Below the pieces are notes generated by a model that was not told where the DNA came from, ran no database searches, and saw only the letters and a program-made list of their open reading frames with translations. From IMG/VR virus record IMGVR_UViG_2687453424_000001: a stretch of 64,000 nt of DNA, one strand, 5' to 3'. Of this stretch, positions 24,200-35,500 are shown one piece after another; the stretch's first letter is position 1; the number at the start of each line of letters is the position of its first letter. Source of the stretch: a virus (taxonomy: Duplodnaviria > Heunggongvirae > Uroviricota > Caudoviricetes). Both the position numbers and the translations under genes were made by a program.

Positions 24200-25213
24200 A
24201 ATATTACTATTTAAAGTAGAGACTGATAATCCAATCTAATTGATTAATTTGTTTGTTCAATTATTCCCTTTTAAGAGTATGCATTGGAAATTAATAATTC
24301 GTCAGACAATATAAATTGGACAATTTATTTTTATTTTTTAGAATTTTTCGATAAATATCTCATCTTATACCATATGTACTGAGCGCAAGACTCGAAATTC
24401 AACTTATTGTATTCTTGCAGTGGGAGCTTGTAGCAAGCAAAGGAGTGAAACATTTTGCATTGCAAAGGGAAGTCCGATACTAAAACAAAGCTCTTGGAGT
24501 AAAAGTCCCATACCCTTCCATAGTCGTCCTTCACGCACCCCATCCCCAATGAATTTTGCAGACAAACAAAAAAGGAAACTCATACAACGTACGTGTACCA
24601 CTATTTATAGTGTCATATATACTTTTTTAATTTTGTTAGGATACAACAGCTAATTAAAAGAGATGAATTTTATGATTCACTTGAAAGATTTACTTGTCAT
24701 TCTATAATGTTTTATCTTTTGGGTTTTTGTTATCTTTATGAATCGTAAGACTTAGACTCGATTTCTCTTGAAGATCATTATATGTTAATTGGTTTTTGAA
24801 GTAATAACTCTATTAAATGTAAAGATGTAAACCTTTGAAAAATGATAATCTAACTAATTAGGGAAAGGATAGGAATTAAAAGAAAAGGAAAAAGAAAAGC
24901 ACTGCACTGCTATTGTTTACTCTAGCTTCTACATGTTAATCAATTACAAGAACATGGCCAGACAGGACATATTTCTACATGTTACAAATTCAAAGCTCTC
25001 TCTTGTCAAAAGATGAGAGCATCGATTTTTTCTTTAATTTCTAATTAATATGAACATTAGTGAGTATTTTTGCTATTATTGTTTTACAATTTTTTCAACT
25101 CTCTTTTTTGACCTTTTAACATTTCTATATCAATATGGTGGACTGAAAATTGGATGACCACGTGGTTGTATGATTGATTCTTGTTTCGTTTACTTATTAA
25201 TGTGTATGATGAA
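24200..25213. repeat. direct repeat copy B (about 1 kb), paired with 16098-17085
   Basis: Same sequence family as copy A. Carries an extra insertion of about 45 bp (catacccttccatagtcgtccttcacgcaccccatccccaatgaat) relative to A. Confidence 0.85.
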
Positions 25214-27900
25214 AGTTGAAATGACCCAAGGTTAATCAAATCAAAATGAAGTGATTTGCTTGGAAAACAAATTGCTAAATTTCTTCATGAATCATGATAG
25301 CAACCTAGCATGATTAATGTTGCCATTCAAACCATATATGGAATGGGACGACTTTCTCAGTCCAGAAAAAACGCAGTTTTCATACTAATTAGCTTTGAGT
25401 GTCCATTTGTGGAGCATGTTTTTCTGCAGCTGATCTTAATAGAGCCAAAGCCAAAGACACCAAGAAGGCCCTTGGTCCCCCAATGAACCAGGGCTCGGGG
25501 GAGGTCCAGTGTGGAAATGTGTTGGAATTGTGTGGAAGTGTGAACTCCTGGAAATACTTTTGTTCTTTTTTTTATTATATATATATAGCCAATTATTTCG
25601 TTTCTGCTGCGACAATGTTTTCCAGGAGAACCATGTGTGCTTGTCACTGGCCCCTGTAAGAGTCTCTTTATGGCCCTTTGGAAAAGCATTGCCTCGTGAT
25701 GTTGGACGAAGATAAAGAACTTTTTCTGAAAGGGAAATGGGGTGCAAAAAAGTCGTGAGTGCATGTGAACAAGTTATACAAGTAACCACTAACACTAATC
25801 TAGATCGATGACGATGAGTTAAGAATTATACAAGAGCATTTCAATCTTTTCGCCTTCTTAGTGCTTTTGAGTTTTGACCCTTTTCTCTCTTTTTTTTTGG
25901 TTGCTAAAAGTTGCTGTTGAGTATGCATGTTTATCTGAATTCCGCATTGAAAATCTTGGTATTTTGCTCCAAGGAATTCGTCTCAAGCCTCTTACAATTG
26001 AAGAGTTAAAGCAAACCAACCAAATCCCACTACACCTTATCCAAAATTTTTTACTGTGTAAACAATATGAGTTGCTTTCAATGATTGACCCGTAAACCAT
26101 TGACGTATCTCGGGTGTTAGTAGGCAATAGCCCCTGAAACTTGACTGAAGATAAACTAATTATAATTTGTCGTGGTTGTAATTAAAGCAATGATAAAGAA
26201 ATTCCAAGATGTGTAAATATTCATCTCATTGATTTTATATGATATTAGAACAGATGTTATCTCTATTCATTATTTCTTTTACAAACTCTTTTTATAGTTT
26301 ATATCATATGATAAATCCGTGTTACAAAATTAATTATGAACGAAGAAGCCTTGTTGGTTTCTATTGATCTCATGCAGAATCCCGCTGGTTACTCAAAGTA
26401 TTTCAAGTAGAAATTGATGCAAAAGGACCTTCATAGCCAGCAGCAAGGTGGCGACTGTGACTAATGGTATTTGTTTTGAAGAGAGAATTTCGGCAAGTCA
26501 GGACAGATTTGGCTCCTTCGATGTTGCTTGCAGTGCATGATAAAGACTTGAGAGGCACAACCTTTATATTCTTTTTGCGGCCTAACAAAAGACTTTGAAG
26601 CATCTATGCAAATTACGAACAAAGCGTGAGGAGGAAAGATCTGCGTTTGTTCTGCTTGTCTCAACAAACTCCCATCCCTTTCCGCTTCTTTTGTACATTG
26701 GATTGCGCATGCCTCGAGACGACGTAATATCTTGGCTACAGTACAAGGAAGAAGATTCGAAGTGCTATTATTTTCTGCCCACATAGCTGGGTCAACATGT
26801 CAACGGTGAAAGCAGATCAGAAGAGAGAATCAAAGAAAAATGCTGGATGGCTTTGGCTTTTGGGTTTTACTGATTTCAGAAGCATCATCTTCATCTAGCG
26901 ATGCACCAATAATTGTCACATGTACAAAGTCATCAACATTCACAGCAAGGCAATCAAGTTTGAACCGAGAACTGATTGCAAGTTAGACCTTCCTTATGCC
27001 TGCCGTAGGCTAGAAAGATTCGGACAGAATTAACAGTTATATTTAACCTGCCGCTGAATCAACATTGAACCTGCCTACACACAAGAATCTACCTCTGTCG
27101 AAAACTCTATCGACGCTAACGGAACAGTGGGCAAAAATCCACCTTCCAAGCTAATCTTGGGTTAGATAGATATGGTCAGAACTCTGAATAACGATCAAGC
27201 TTGCCCCAAGACCGACGCAAGAGTTAATCTTGGGCTGCAAAAACAGTCAGAATAATGATCAGCCAGCGCCCATCACCAACACAAGAATTAAGCACTGTCG
27301 GCTGTCGCTGACTTTTCGAAACCTATGGTCCAGTGGACTACTAAACAGTCTATACTGAAGCTTTATTCGACAATGGGCTGCAATCTGCCTTCCGAGCCGA
27401 TCATGGACTGGAAAGGTGCGGCCAGAGCCTCCCAAGTGTGACGGCTGTAACGCAATTGGCAAGTGCTGAAATGACCCTACAAAGTGCCAGACATGTCCAA
27501 GCATGCCGATGTAAACTTCTATTTGGAACCCCAAACGCAAGAGGCAAGAGACCATATTTTCTTTAGACAAGAATATATTAAGCACTACACAATTCAATCC
27601 CATGCTGTCAACCAGAAACAATAATCAAAAAAGGTTGGTAGTGGTAAGAGAGAATCATACACGCCTAACTCTATGGCCACAAGGTGTTTTCCACGATTAA
27701 CATTAGCAGAGACAAACAAGATGAACTTGGCCCCTCCATAATTCCTTGTAAAACCACCAGGCAAAAAAGACCCCATTCAATGCAAAGAGCCCTCCTCCGC
27801 AAATAATCACAAGAGAAAGCAAAGTCCAAAGATATACAAGGAATGATTCGGTACTTTTTCTTGCAAGGATGAACAAAACAAAGAACTGGTATGATGATGC

Positions 27901-28050
27901 CTACTCGTTCCCCAAGTTCAGAGAACCATCCTTCATCAGCTTCATGCTTAGACTGTTGAATCTCCCTCTTGAGTAATGTCGAGAAGCCTTTCTCCAATCT
28001 GTACCAGTTTTCATCATGGCTGTGAATTCATCATAGCTGATGCGTCCATC
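27901..28050 (-). CDS. CPK13: calcium-dependent protein kinase (CPK13-like); exon 7 of 7 (includes stop)
   Basis: Translation [49 protein letters not shown], containing EF-hand 4 ([12 protein letters not shown] across the exon 6/7 junction). Acceptor tgtaaatgcag|GATGGACGC. TAG stop at 27901-27903. Confidence 0.9.
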   Translation of the reverse strand, partial: DGRISYDEFTAMMKTGTDWRKASRHYSRGRFNSLSMKLMKDGSLNLGNE

Positions 28051-28130
28051 CTGCATTTACAAAAGAATTGTCAGTCAAATTGAAACATGCTTAATAAATT
28101 TATTAGTGACAAAAACATACAGGTCATCAC

Positions 28131-28361
28131 CTTGTCTGTGTCCACTTCTTGGAAGATGTCATTTGCAACATTAGTACAATCATCTGCTCCATCCTCCATT
28201 AATGAATCCCGAAGCTCATCAGGCTCAATGTAACCATTGCCATCTTTGTCAAAATAGGAAAAGGCCTTTCGAAGATGCTCATCATTGGCTATTCTTTGAA
28301 GATGGAGAGATACAGCAAGAAATTCCCCATAGTCCAATGTTCCTTTCCCATTAGCATCAAC
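28131..28361 (-). CDS. CPK13: calcium-dependent protein kinase (CPK13-like); exon 6 of 7
   Basis: Translation VDANGKGTLDYGEFLAVSLHLQRIANDEHLRKAFSYFDKDGNGYIEPDELRDSLMEDGADDCTNVANDIFQEVDTDK, carrying EF-hands 2 and 3. Acceptor caacag|GTTGATGC and donor GACAAG|gtgatgac. Confidence 0.9.
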
Positions 28362-29374
28362 CTGTTGTCAACAAACACATTTTTATCATTCAAAATCAAA
28401 AGAAACACAAGCCTAGGCTATGATGCCACTATCTGTGTTAAAATTGGATATGTCAGAACGGACCAAGGGAATTTCAGCCACATTGAGGAAACATCTTGAC
28501 AAGTAGGAAAACTGTTAAAGGTGTCTATCAAATTCAAAATTGATCAACAGTTAAGGAAAAGAGATAAAAGGAGGGGAAGCAGCATTACCAATGGCCTCTA
28601 CTATCAACACCAAAAAATTGCAACCTATAGGAACTACTAAAGTAAAAGCTCTAATAACAACTGTAGAACTCCTGCATAAAAACTAGTATTGGCTGACTAG
28701 CTGCTAAATACTCTCTTTTCCTAAAGACAGTCTATTCTTTCAAAAAACTAAAACGCATTCTTGTTTCTCTACTTGGAAAATGTAGTCACACTGATTCTAG
28801 GCAACCTCAGCCTCCCCATTATTATAGCTTTGTCTGTGCATGTTTACAATTGCAGGAGGTGATGACATTTGGTGGCCAAAGGCCACCTACTCCTTCGAAT
28901 TCTTACTGTAAACTATCATCAGATATCCAACTTCTACAAGGCAGCTCTATCAATTGGACAAACATATTTCATAGGAGAAAGAAAAAAGGAAAGCTACACA
29001 GACATTACTGTTAATACTAATAAACAAAATCACAGTTAAAGACAACAAGAGATCCATGAATCTTTAAAAGAACTGCATAACATAATATATATATATAAAT
29101 ATATTCTGATACCAAATGATTCAGCGTAAATTAGTTAAAGATCTGACATAGGTAGACTCCAACCCAATTGAAATAAGCTCCAATTATAACAAGTCTTGGT
29201 CAACTAGTAGTTCTTATGATCATATTGTAGGACTACACTTACAAAAAGTATATGTACTGAGAAAAAGAAAAAGATTTTTGACTGCTATTTTGATGAGAAT
29301 TAGCACAAACCAGGAAAATAAAGTATCATAATACTTGTTAATTCATGGCAGAGTATAAACCAAAACACACTCAC

Positions 29375-29542
29375 AGCTTCAATAAGCATCTGCACTTCAG
29401 ACTCTGCAAGGTGCGAACCAAAATTTCTAAATCCAGCTTTCAGCTCTTCAATTGAAACGATGCCATCATTGTCAGTGTCCATTTTCTTGAACATTTCTTT
29501 GATGTCTTCAACTTCTTCAATGGATAAGAACTCAGCAATAAC
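29375..29542 (-). CDS. CPK13: calcium-dependent protein kinase (CPK13-like); exon 5 of 7
   Basis: Translation VIAEFLSIEEVEDIKEMFKKMDTDNDGIVSIEELKAGFRNFGSHLAESEVQMLIEA, carrying EF-hand 1. Acceptor aattag|GTTATTGC and donor GAAGCT|gtgagtgt. Confidence 0.9.
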
Positions 29543-29628
29543 CTAATTCAAATTAACCTTTAAGATAACCCCAGCAAGGAAAGAAATGACAAAAGATCTA
29601 GCAGAATTCTTAGCATTAGTGAACCAAC

Positions 29629-29744
29629 CCGCAGGGCTTTTCTTTTGAATCTGTTCATCATTGAAAATTGTTTAAGCCTTGACTTAACAACATCGCCAAG
29701 AGGAACATTGGGAGCTTTTTTAGCATTTTGGAGCCAAGGATGCT
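29629..29744 (-). CDS. CPK13: calcium-dependent protein kinase (CPK13-like); exon 4 of 7
   Basis: Translation (E)[38 protein letters not shown], the CDPK junction/autoinhibitory region. Acceptor cacag|AGCATCC and donor CTGCGG|gttggt. Confidence 0.9.
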
Positions 29745-30034
29745 CTGTGAGAAGAGGCAACACACAGATTAGGCAAACTATCACTAGTTATTAACATTTA
29801 ATGGAGCAAATTAGTAACATAGGTCTTTGTACAATTTTGAAGTAAACTGGGAAAGCTGATATTAAGAAGGTTTTATATCTTATATTTGAAGGTGTAGAAA
29901 AAGCCTATCAGAAGATCAAATAGAATCATCAAAGGCTATGACTACACGCCTACGCACCCCCAGTCCCCATCCAGCTCCCTCCCATGAAACATACACAAGT
30001 TCACCTAGGCATAGCACAGAGGAAATTTTACTAC

Positions 30035-30187
30035 CAAGCACTTGCTTTGCAGTGAGACGAAGCTTTGGGTCCGGTTCCAACATTTGCCTGACTAGACTCT
30101 TAGCACTCTCTGAAATATTTGGCCATGGGTCCCGTTTGAAATCTATTAACCCTCGAAGAATTGCCTGTGCAACACCTTGTTCAGACT
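30035..30187 (-). CDS. CPK13: calcium-dependent protein kinase (CPK13-like); exon 3 of 7
   Basis: Translation (E)[50 protein letters not shown]. Acceptor gatgcag|AGTCTG and donor GTGCTTG|gtagta. Phase 1 in and out. Confidence 0.9.
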
Positions 30188-30245
30188 CTGCATCAAAAGC
30201 ACACTTCAGGTAGGAATAACAATTCAACTTATTTTTGATGCATTA

Positions 30246-30470
<225 letters not shown>

Positions 30471-31932
30471 TTACAAATTATAGGCATTAAAACATAATAT
30501 TAAAAAAAAACACACAATCTACATAATAGAAGGAAACGTGGTCAAACTCTAAGTACGCAGACCTTATCCTACTTATCATAATATGTTCCATCCTTACTAT
30601 TTCATATCCCCACCAGTGTCCCCATAACACATCCAACCCAACCACACAGTTTTTGTGAACAAAACTGGGAAATTATTGATCAGACAGAGATAATTAGGCA
30701 GAAACTTTTTAGCACATGAAACCTTGGACTTATGGCTCCTGCTATACCAGTTTCCTGGAAATGCAAGTATTAAAAGAATTGATACAAGCAAACTCAGCCC
30801 CATCTTGAGTTATAGAACATGAAAATCTTCAAAAAACCTGAAGCAGACAGAACCTTTATAGCATACTAAACAATTACAAAAATTGGACCATTCATCGGGG
30901 GCAAGGAAAATCTACTTTATTTGAGACACATCCACTATAAGGCTAACCACTGCAGTACCCATGACAGCTCACGAAAAGGAAGCAGGAAACTTGTATCCAT
31001 TCAATAAAGCTATAGTTCAGAGTTTCCCTAGTGTGACCATGCAAGATAACTTTAAGAGAAAATTCTTGTCACAAACATAACTGAGCATCACCATTGTACT
31101 GACAACTCAATGGCCATTGGTGAATGGATCAGTATGAAGAAAAAATTGAAGATTAAAAATCAGATAAAGAGCAGCAATTACCATATCTAAAACTTATAAT
31201 GTTTCATCCTCAATTTGAGGTAAGTAATCAGTATTATAGATTTAAACCATGGAGAAAGATATATACAATATTCTTTTTTAGGAGAAGAAAAGAGAAAATC
31301 AAAAGACTCCAAAGTGTTCAACTGTGACAGATAATGAAAAAGAAAATACATAAACAAATAATAAAACAAACCTACCAGACTTGCAAGAAAAAAAGTAAGC
31401 TTCCACCTTCCACAATAAGAGGAAAGGAACCAATAGTGATTCAAGTTGTAAAAGCACAGACAAAGTACATGAAAAATTGTTGTTAGCAAGGCTGAAACAT
31501 GCGCAACCACATTCCTCTGTTCGTTCATTTCAGGCAATATAAGTGCCTAGTAACATTGCTTCAAAGGGATTGGACCTACTACAGTAGCTCATAAAAGCTA
31601 CCTTAAAGCATAGGCATAGCCAAATAAAATTAACCAAAGTGCGTATTTCGTCACTACAAAAACCATAAACAAACAAATAAACAGATAAATGCACAAAGGG
31701 TACACCACATCGGCATGTCCAATCCCACAAACTTAGATCATTCTTTCATGCACTTTTTCTTCAGGGTCAAATGTTTTCGTGACAAAATCAGAACCCAGCT
31801 TGGCAAAATACAATCTTTGCTGCATAATTAAATACTTCTAACCAAGCATTATCACTCATAATTCGAACTAAAGATGGTACATTCTTGAAAAGGCACTCAG
31901 TTATTTATACATTCAAACTTTGAACAATTTAC

Positions 31933-32548
31933 CTGGCTTGAAAAATATTGATAACCCAAAATCGATAGCTTTTAACGGCGAATTCTCTTTCTTATTAGCG
32001 AACAAAAAATTCTCAGGCTTCAAATCTCTATGAATCACTCCATGCTTATGACAAAGCTGAACCACTTCCACAATCGTCCTCGTCACCGCCGCGGCGGCTC
32101 TCTCCGTGTAATGTCCTCTGGCCACGATCCTATCGAAGAGTTCACCACCTTCACAAAGCTCCATCACCAAATGAACCGCATTGTCATCCTCGCAAGCTTC
32201 TTTCAAGCTCACGATACTCGAATTCTTCGGCAAATGCTTCATTATCGCAACTTCCCGTCTCACATCCTCGATATCCACGGCCGTCCTCAGCTTCCTCTTC
32301 GAGATAGACTTGCACGCGAGCAACTCGCGCGTGCCGCGGTCGATGCAAAGGTAAGTAACCCCGAACTCACCTCGTCCCAGCTCGCGATCCACCAGGTACT
32401 TCTCCTCGATGTTCTCCTTCGGAACCCCGTTCAGCACCGTGATCGGCGGCTTCTGCTTGGAAACGGAATCTTTACGGGCGTGATCGTGTGCGGAGAAGTT
32501 CGATTTTACGTCCTCCCTCGCGACAGCCGCTGGAGATCTACAACAATT
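31933..32548 (-). CDS. CPK13: calcium-dependent protein kinase (CPK13-like); exon 1 of 7, 5'-truncated by the adjacent gap (MG of MGNCC is inside the N run)
   Basis: Translation [68 protein letters not shown]...[33 protein letters not shown](G). This has the Ser/Thr kinase catalytic motifs ([11 protein letters not shown]) and closely matches the Arabidopsis CPK13 N-terminus [17 protein letters not shown] as I recall it. Donor AAGCCAG|gtaaat at 31932/31933. Confidence 0.9.
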
Positions 32549-35500
32549 NNNNNNNNNNNNNNNNNNNNNNNNNNNNNNNNNNNNNNNNNNNNNNNNNNNN
32601 NNNNNNNNNNNNNNNNNNNNNNNNNNNNNNNNNNNNNNNNNNNNNNNNNNNNNNNNNNNNNNNNNNNNNNNNNNNNNNNNNNNNNNNNNNNNNNNNNNNN
32701 NNNNNNNNNNNNNNNNNNNNNNNNNNNNNNNNNNNNNNNNNNNNNNNNNNNNNNNNNNNNNNNNNNNNNNNNNNNNNNNNNNNNNNNNNNNNNNNNNNNN
32801 NNNNNNNNNNNNNNNNNNNNNNNNNNNNNNNNNNNNNNNNNNNNNNNNNNNNNNNNNNNNNNNNNNNNNNNNNNNNNNNNNNNNNNNNNNNNNNNNNNNN
32901 NNNNNNNNNNNNNNNNNNNNNNNNNNNNNNNNNNNNNNNNNNNNNNNNNNNNNNNNNNNNNNNNNNNNNNNNNNNNNNNNNNNNNNNNNNNNNNNNNNNN
33001 NNNNNNNNNNNNNNNNNNNNNNNNNNNNNNNNNNNNNNNNNNNNNNNNNNNNNNNNNNNNNNNNNNNNNNNNNNNNNNNNNNNNNNNNNNNNNNNNNNNN
33101 NNNNNNNNNNNNNNNNNNNNNNNNNNNNNNNNNNNNNNNNNNNNNNNNNNNNNNNNNNNNNNNNNNNNNNNNNNNNNNNNNNNNNNNNNNNNNNNNNNNN
33201 NNNNNNNNNNNNNNNNNNNNNNNNNNNNNNNNNNNNNNNNNNNNNNNNNNNNNNNNNNNNNNNNNNNNNNNNNNNNNNNNNNNNNNNNNNNNNNNNNNNN
33301 NNNNNNNNNNNNNNNNNNNNNNNNNNNNNNNNNNNNNNNNNNNNNNNNNNNNNNNNNNNNNNNNNNNNNNNNNNNNNNNNNNNNNNNNNNNNNNNNNNNN
33401 NNNNNNNNNNNNNNNNNNNNNNNNNNNNNNNNNNNNNNNNNNNNNNNNNNNNNNNNNNNNNNNNNNNNNNNNNNNNNNNNNNNNNNNNNNNNNNNNNNNN
33501 NNNNNNNNNNNNNNNNNNNNNNNNNNNNNNNNNNNNNNNNNNNNNNNNNNNNNNNNNNNNNNNNNNNNNNNNNNNNNNNNNNNNNNNNNNNNNNNNNNNN
33601 NNNNNNNNNNNNNNNNNNNNNNNNNNNNNNNNNNNNNNNNNNNNNNNNNNNNNNNNNNNNNNNNNNNNNNNNNNNNNNNNNNNNNNNNNNNNNNNNNNNN
33701 NNNNNNNNNNNNNNNNNNNNNNNNNNNNNNNNNNNNNNNNNNNNNNNNNNNNNNNNNNNNNNNNNNNNNNNNNNNNNNNNNNNNNNNNNNNNNNNNNNNN
33801 NNNNNNNNNNNNNNNNNNNNNNNNNNNNNNNNNNNNNNNNNNNNNNNNNNNNNNNNNNNNNNNNNNNNNNNNNNNNNNNNNNNNNNNNNNNNNNNNNNNN
33901 NNNNNNNNNNNNNNNNNNNNNNNNNNNNNNNNNNNNNNNNNNNNNNNNNNNNNNNNNNNNNNNNNNNNNNNNNNNNNNNNNNNNNNNNNNNNNNNNNNNN
34001 NNNNNNNNNNNNNNNNNNNNNNNNNNNNNNNNNNNNNNNNNNNNNNNNNNNNNNNNNNNNNNNNNNNNNNNNNNNNNNNNNNNNNNNNNNNNNNNNNNNN
34101 NNNNNNNNNNNNNNNNNNNNNNNNNNNNNNNNNNNNNNNNNNNNNNNNNNNNNNNNNNNNNNNNNNNNNNNNNNNNNNNNNNNNNNNNNNNNNNNNNNNN
34201 NNNNNNNNNNNNNNNNNNNNNNNNNNNNNNNNNNNNNNNNNNNNNNNNNNNNNNNNNNNNNNNNNNNNNNNNNNNNNNNNNNNNNNNNNNNNNNNNNNNN
34301 NNNNNNNNNNNNNNNNNNNNNNNNNNNNNNNNNNNNNNNNNNNNNNNNNNNNNNNNNNNNNNNNNNNNNNNNNNNNNNNNNNNNNNNNNNNNNNNNNNNN
34401 NNNNNNNNNNNNNNNNNNNNNNNNNNNNNNNNNNNNNNNNNNNNNNNNNNNNNNNNNNNNNNNNNNNNNNNNNNNNNNNNNNNNNNNNNNNNNNNNNNNN
34501 NNNNNNNNNNNNNNNNNNNNNNNNNNNNNNNNNNNNNNNNNNNNNNNNNNNNNNNNNNNNNNNNNNNNNNNNNNNNNNNNNNNNNNNNNNNNNNNNNNNN
34601 NNNNNNNNNNNNNNNNNNNNNNNNNNNNNNNNNNNNNNNNNNNNNNNNNNNNNNNNNNNNNNNNNNNNNNNNNNNNNNNNNNNNNNNNNNNNNNNNNNNN
34701 NNNNNNNNNNNNNNNNNNNNNNNNNNNNNNNNNNNNNNNNNNNNNNNNNNNNNNNNNNNNNNNNNNNNNNNNNNNNNNNNNNNNNNNNNNNNNNNNNNNN
34801 NNNNNNNNNNNNNNNNNNNNNNNNNNNNNNNNNNNNNNNNNNNNNNNNNNNNNNNNNNNNNNNNNNNNNNNNNNNNNNNNNNNNNNNNNNNNNNNNNNNN
34901 NNNNNNNNNNNNNNNNNNNNNNNNNNNNNNNNNNNNNNNNNNNNNNNNNNNNNNNNNNNNNNNNNNNNNNNNNNNNNNNNNNNNNNNNNNNNNNNNNNNN
35001 NNNNNNNNNNNNNNNNNNNNNNNNNNNNNNNNNNNNNNNNNNNNNNNNNNNNNNNNNNNNNNNNNNNNNNNNNNNNNNNNNNNNNNNNNNNNNNNNNNNN
35101 NNNNNNNNNNNNNNNNNNNNNNNNNNNNNNNNNNNNNNNNNNNNNNNNNNNNNNNNNNNNNNNNNNNNNNNNNNNNNNNNNNNNNNNNNNNNNNNNNNNN
35201 NNNNNNNNNNNNNNNNNNNNNNNNNNNNNNNNNNNNNNNNNNNNNNNNNNNNNNNNNNNNNNNNNNNNNNNNNNNNNNNNNNNNNNNNNNNNNNNNNNNN
35301 NNNNNNNNNNNNNNNNNNNNNNNNNNNNNNNNNNNNNNNNNNNNNNNNNNNNNNNNNNNNNNNNNNNNNNNNNNNNNNNNNNNNNNNNNNNNNNNNNNNN
35401 NNNNNNNNNNNNNNNNNNNNNNNNNNNNNNNNNNNNNNNNNNNNNNNNNNNNNNNNNNNNNNNNNNNNNNNNNNNNNNNNNNNNNNNNNNNNNNNNNNNN

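Larger units (their letters stand above)
16098..25213. mobile_element. possible LTR retrotransposon bounded by the 1-kb direct repeats (hypothesis)
   Basis: The direct repeats are about 8.1 kb apart and about 1 kb long, with a 4.8-kb unresolved interior. I could not confirm TG...CA termini, a primer-binding site, a polypurine tract or a target-site duplication by eye, so this remains a hypothesis. Confidence 0.3.

Noticed and set aside
25357-25795. Several 70-135-aa ORFs on both strands just downstream of direct-repeat copy B, including a plus-strand ATGGGGTGCAAAAAA (MGCKK) start near 25746.
   Set aside because: They have no recognisable domain, they overlap one another, and I could not build a splice-consistent model. 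They may be a TE fragment or an unannotated small gene, and I cannot support either from sequence alone.
27671-27997. Minus-strand 108-aa ORF ([24 protein letters not shown]...) overlapping the end of the CPK gene.
   Set aside because: It is in a different frame from the homology-supported exon 7 (DGRISYDEF...GNE*) and extends into the 3'-UTR; it is a frame-shifted shadow, not a separate gene.
32437-32437. ORF-track 'M' starts at 32437 (CPK), 52481 (trihelix) and 63434 (SAP30-like).
   Set aside because: These are GTG or TTG alternative starts of a bacterial-style ORF finder. The plant genes use ATG at 52487 and 63473, and the CPK ATG lies inside the gap.
32030-32548. Plus-strand ORF starting opposite CPK exon 1 and running into the gap (reported as 1763 aa).
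   Set aside because: It is antisense to the kinase-domain exon and is extended artificially through N, so it is an artefact.
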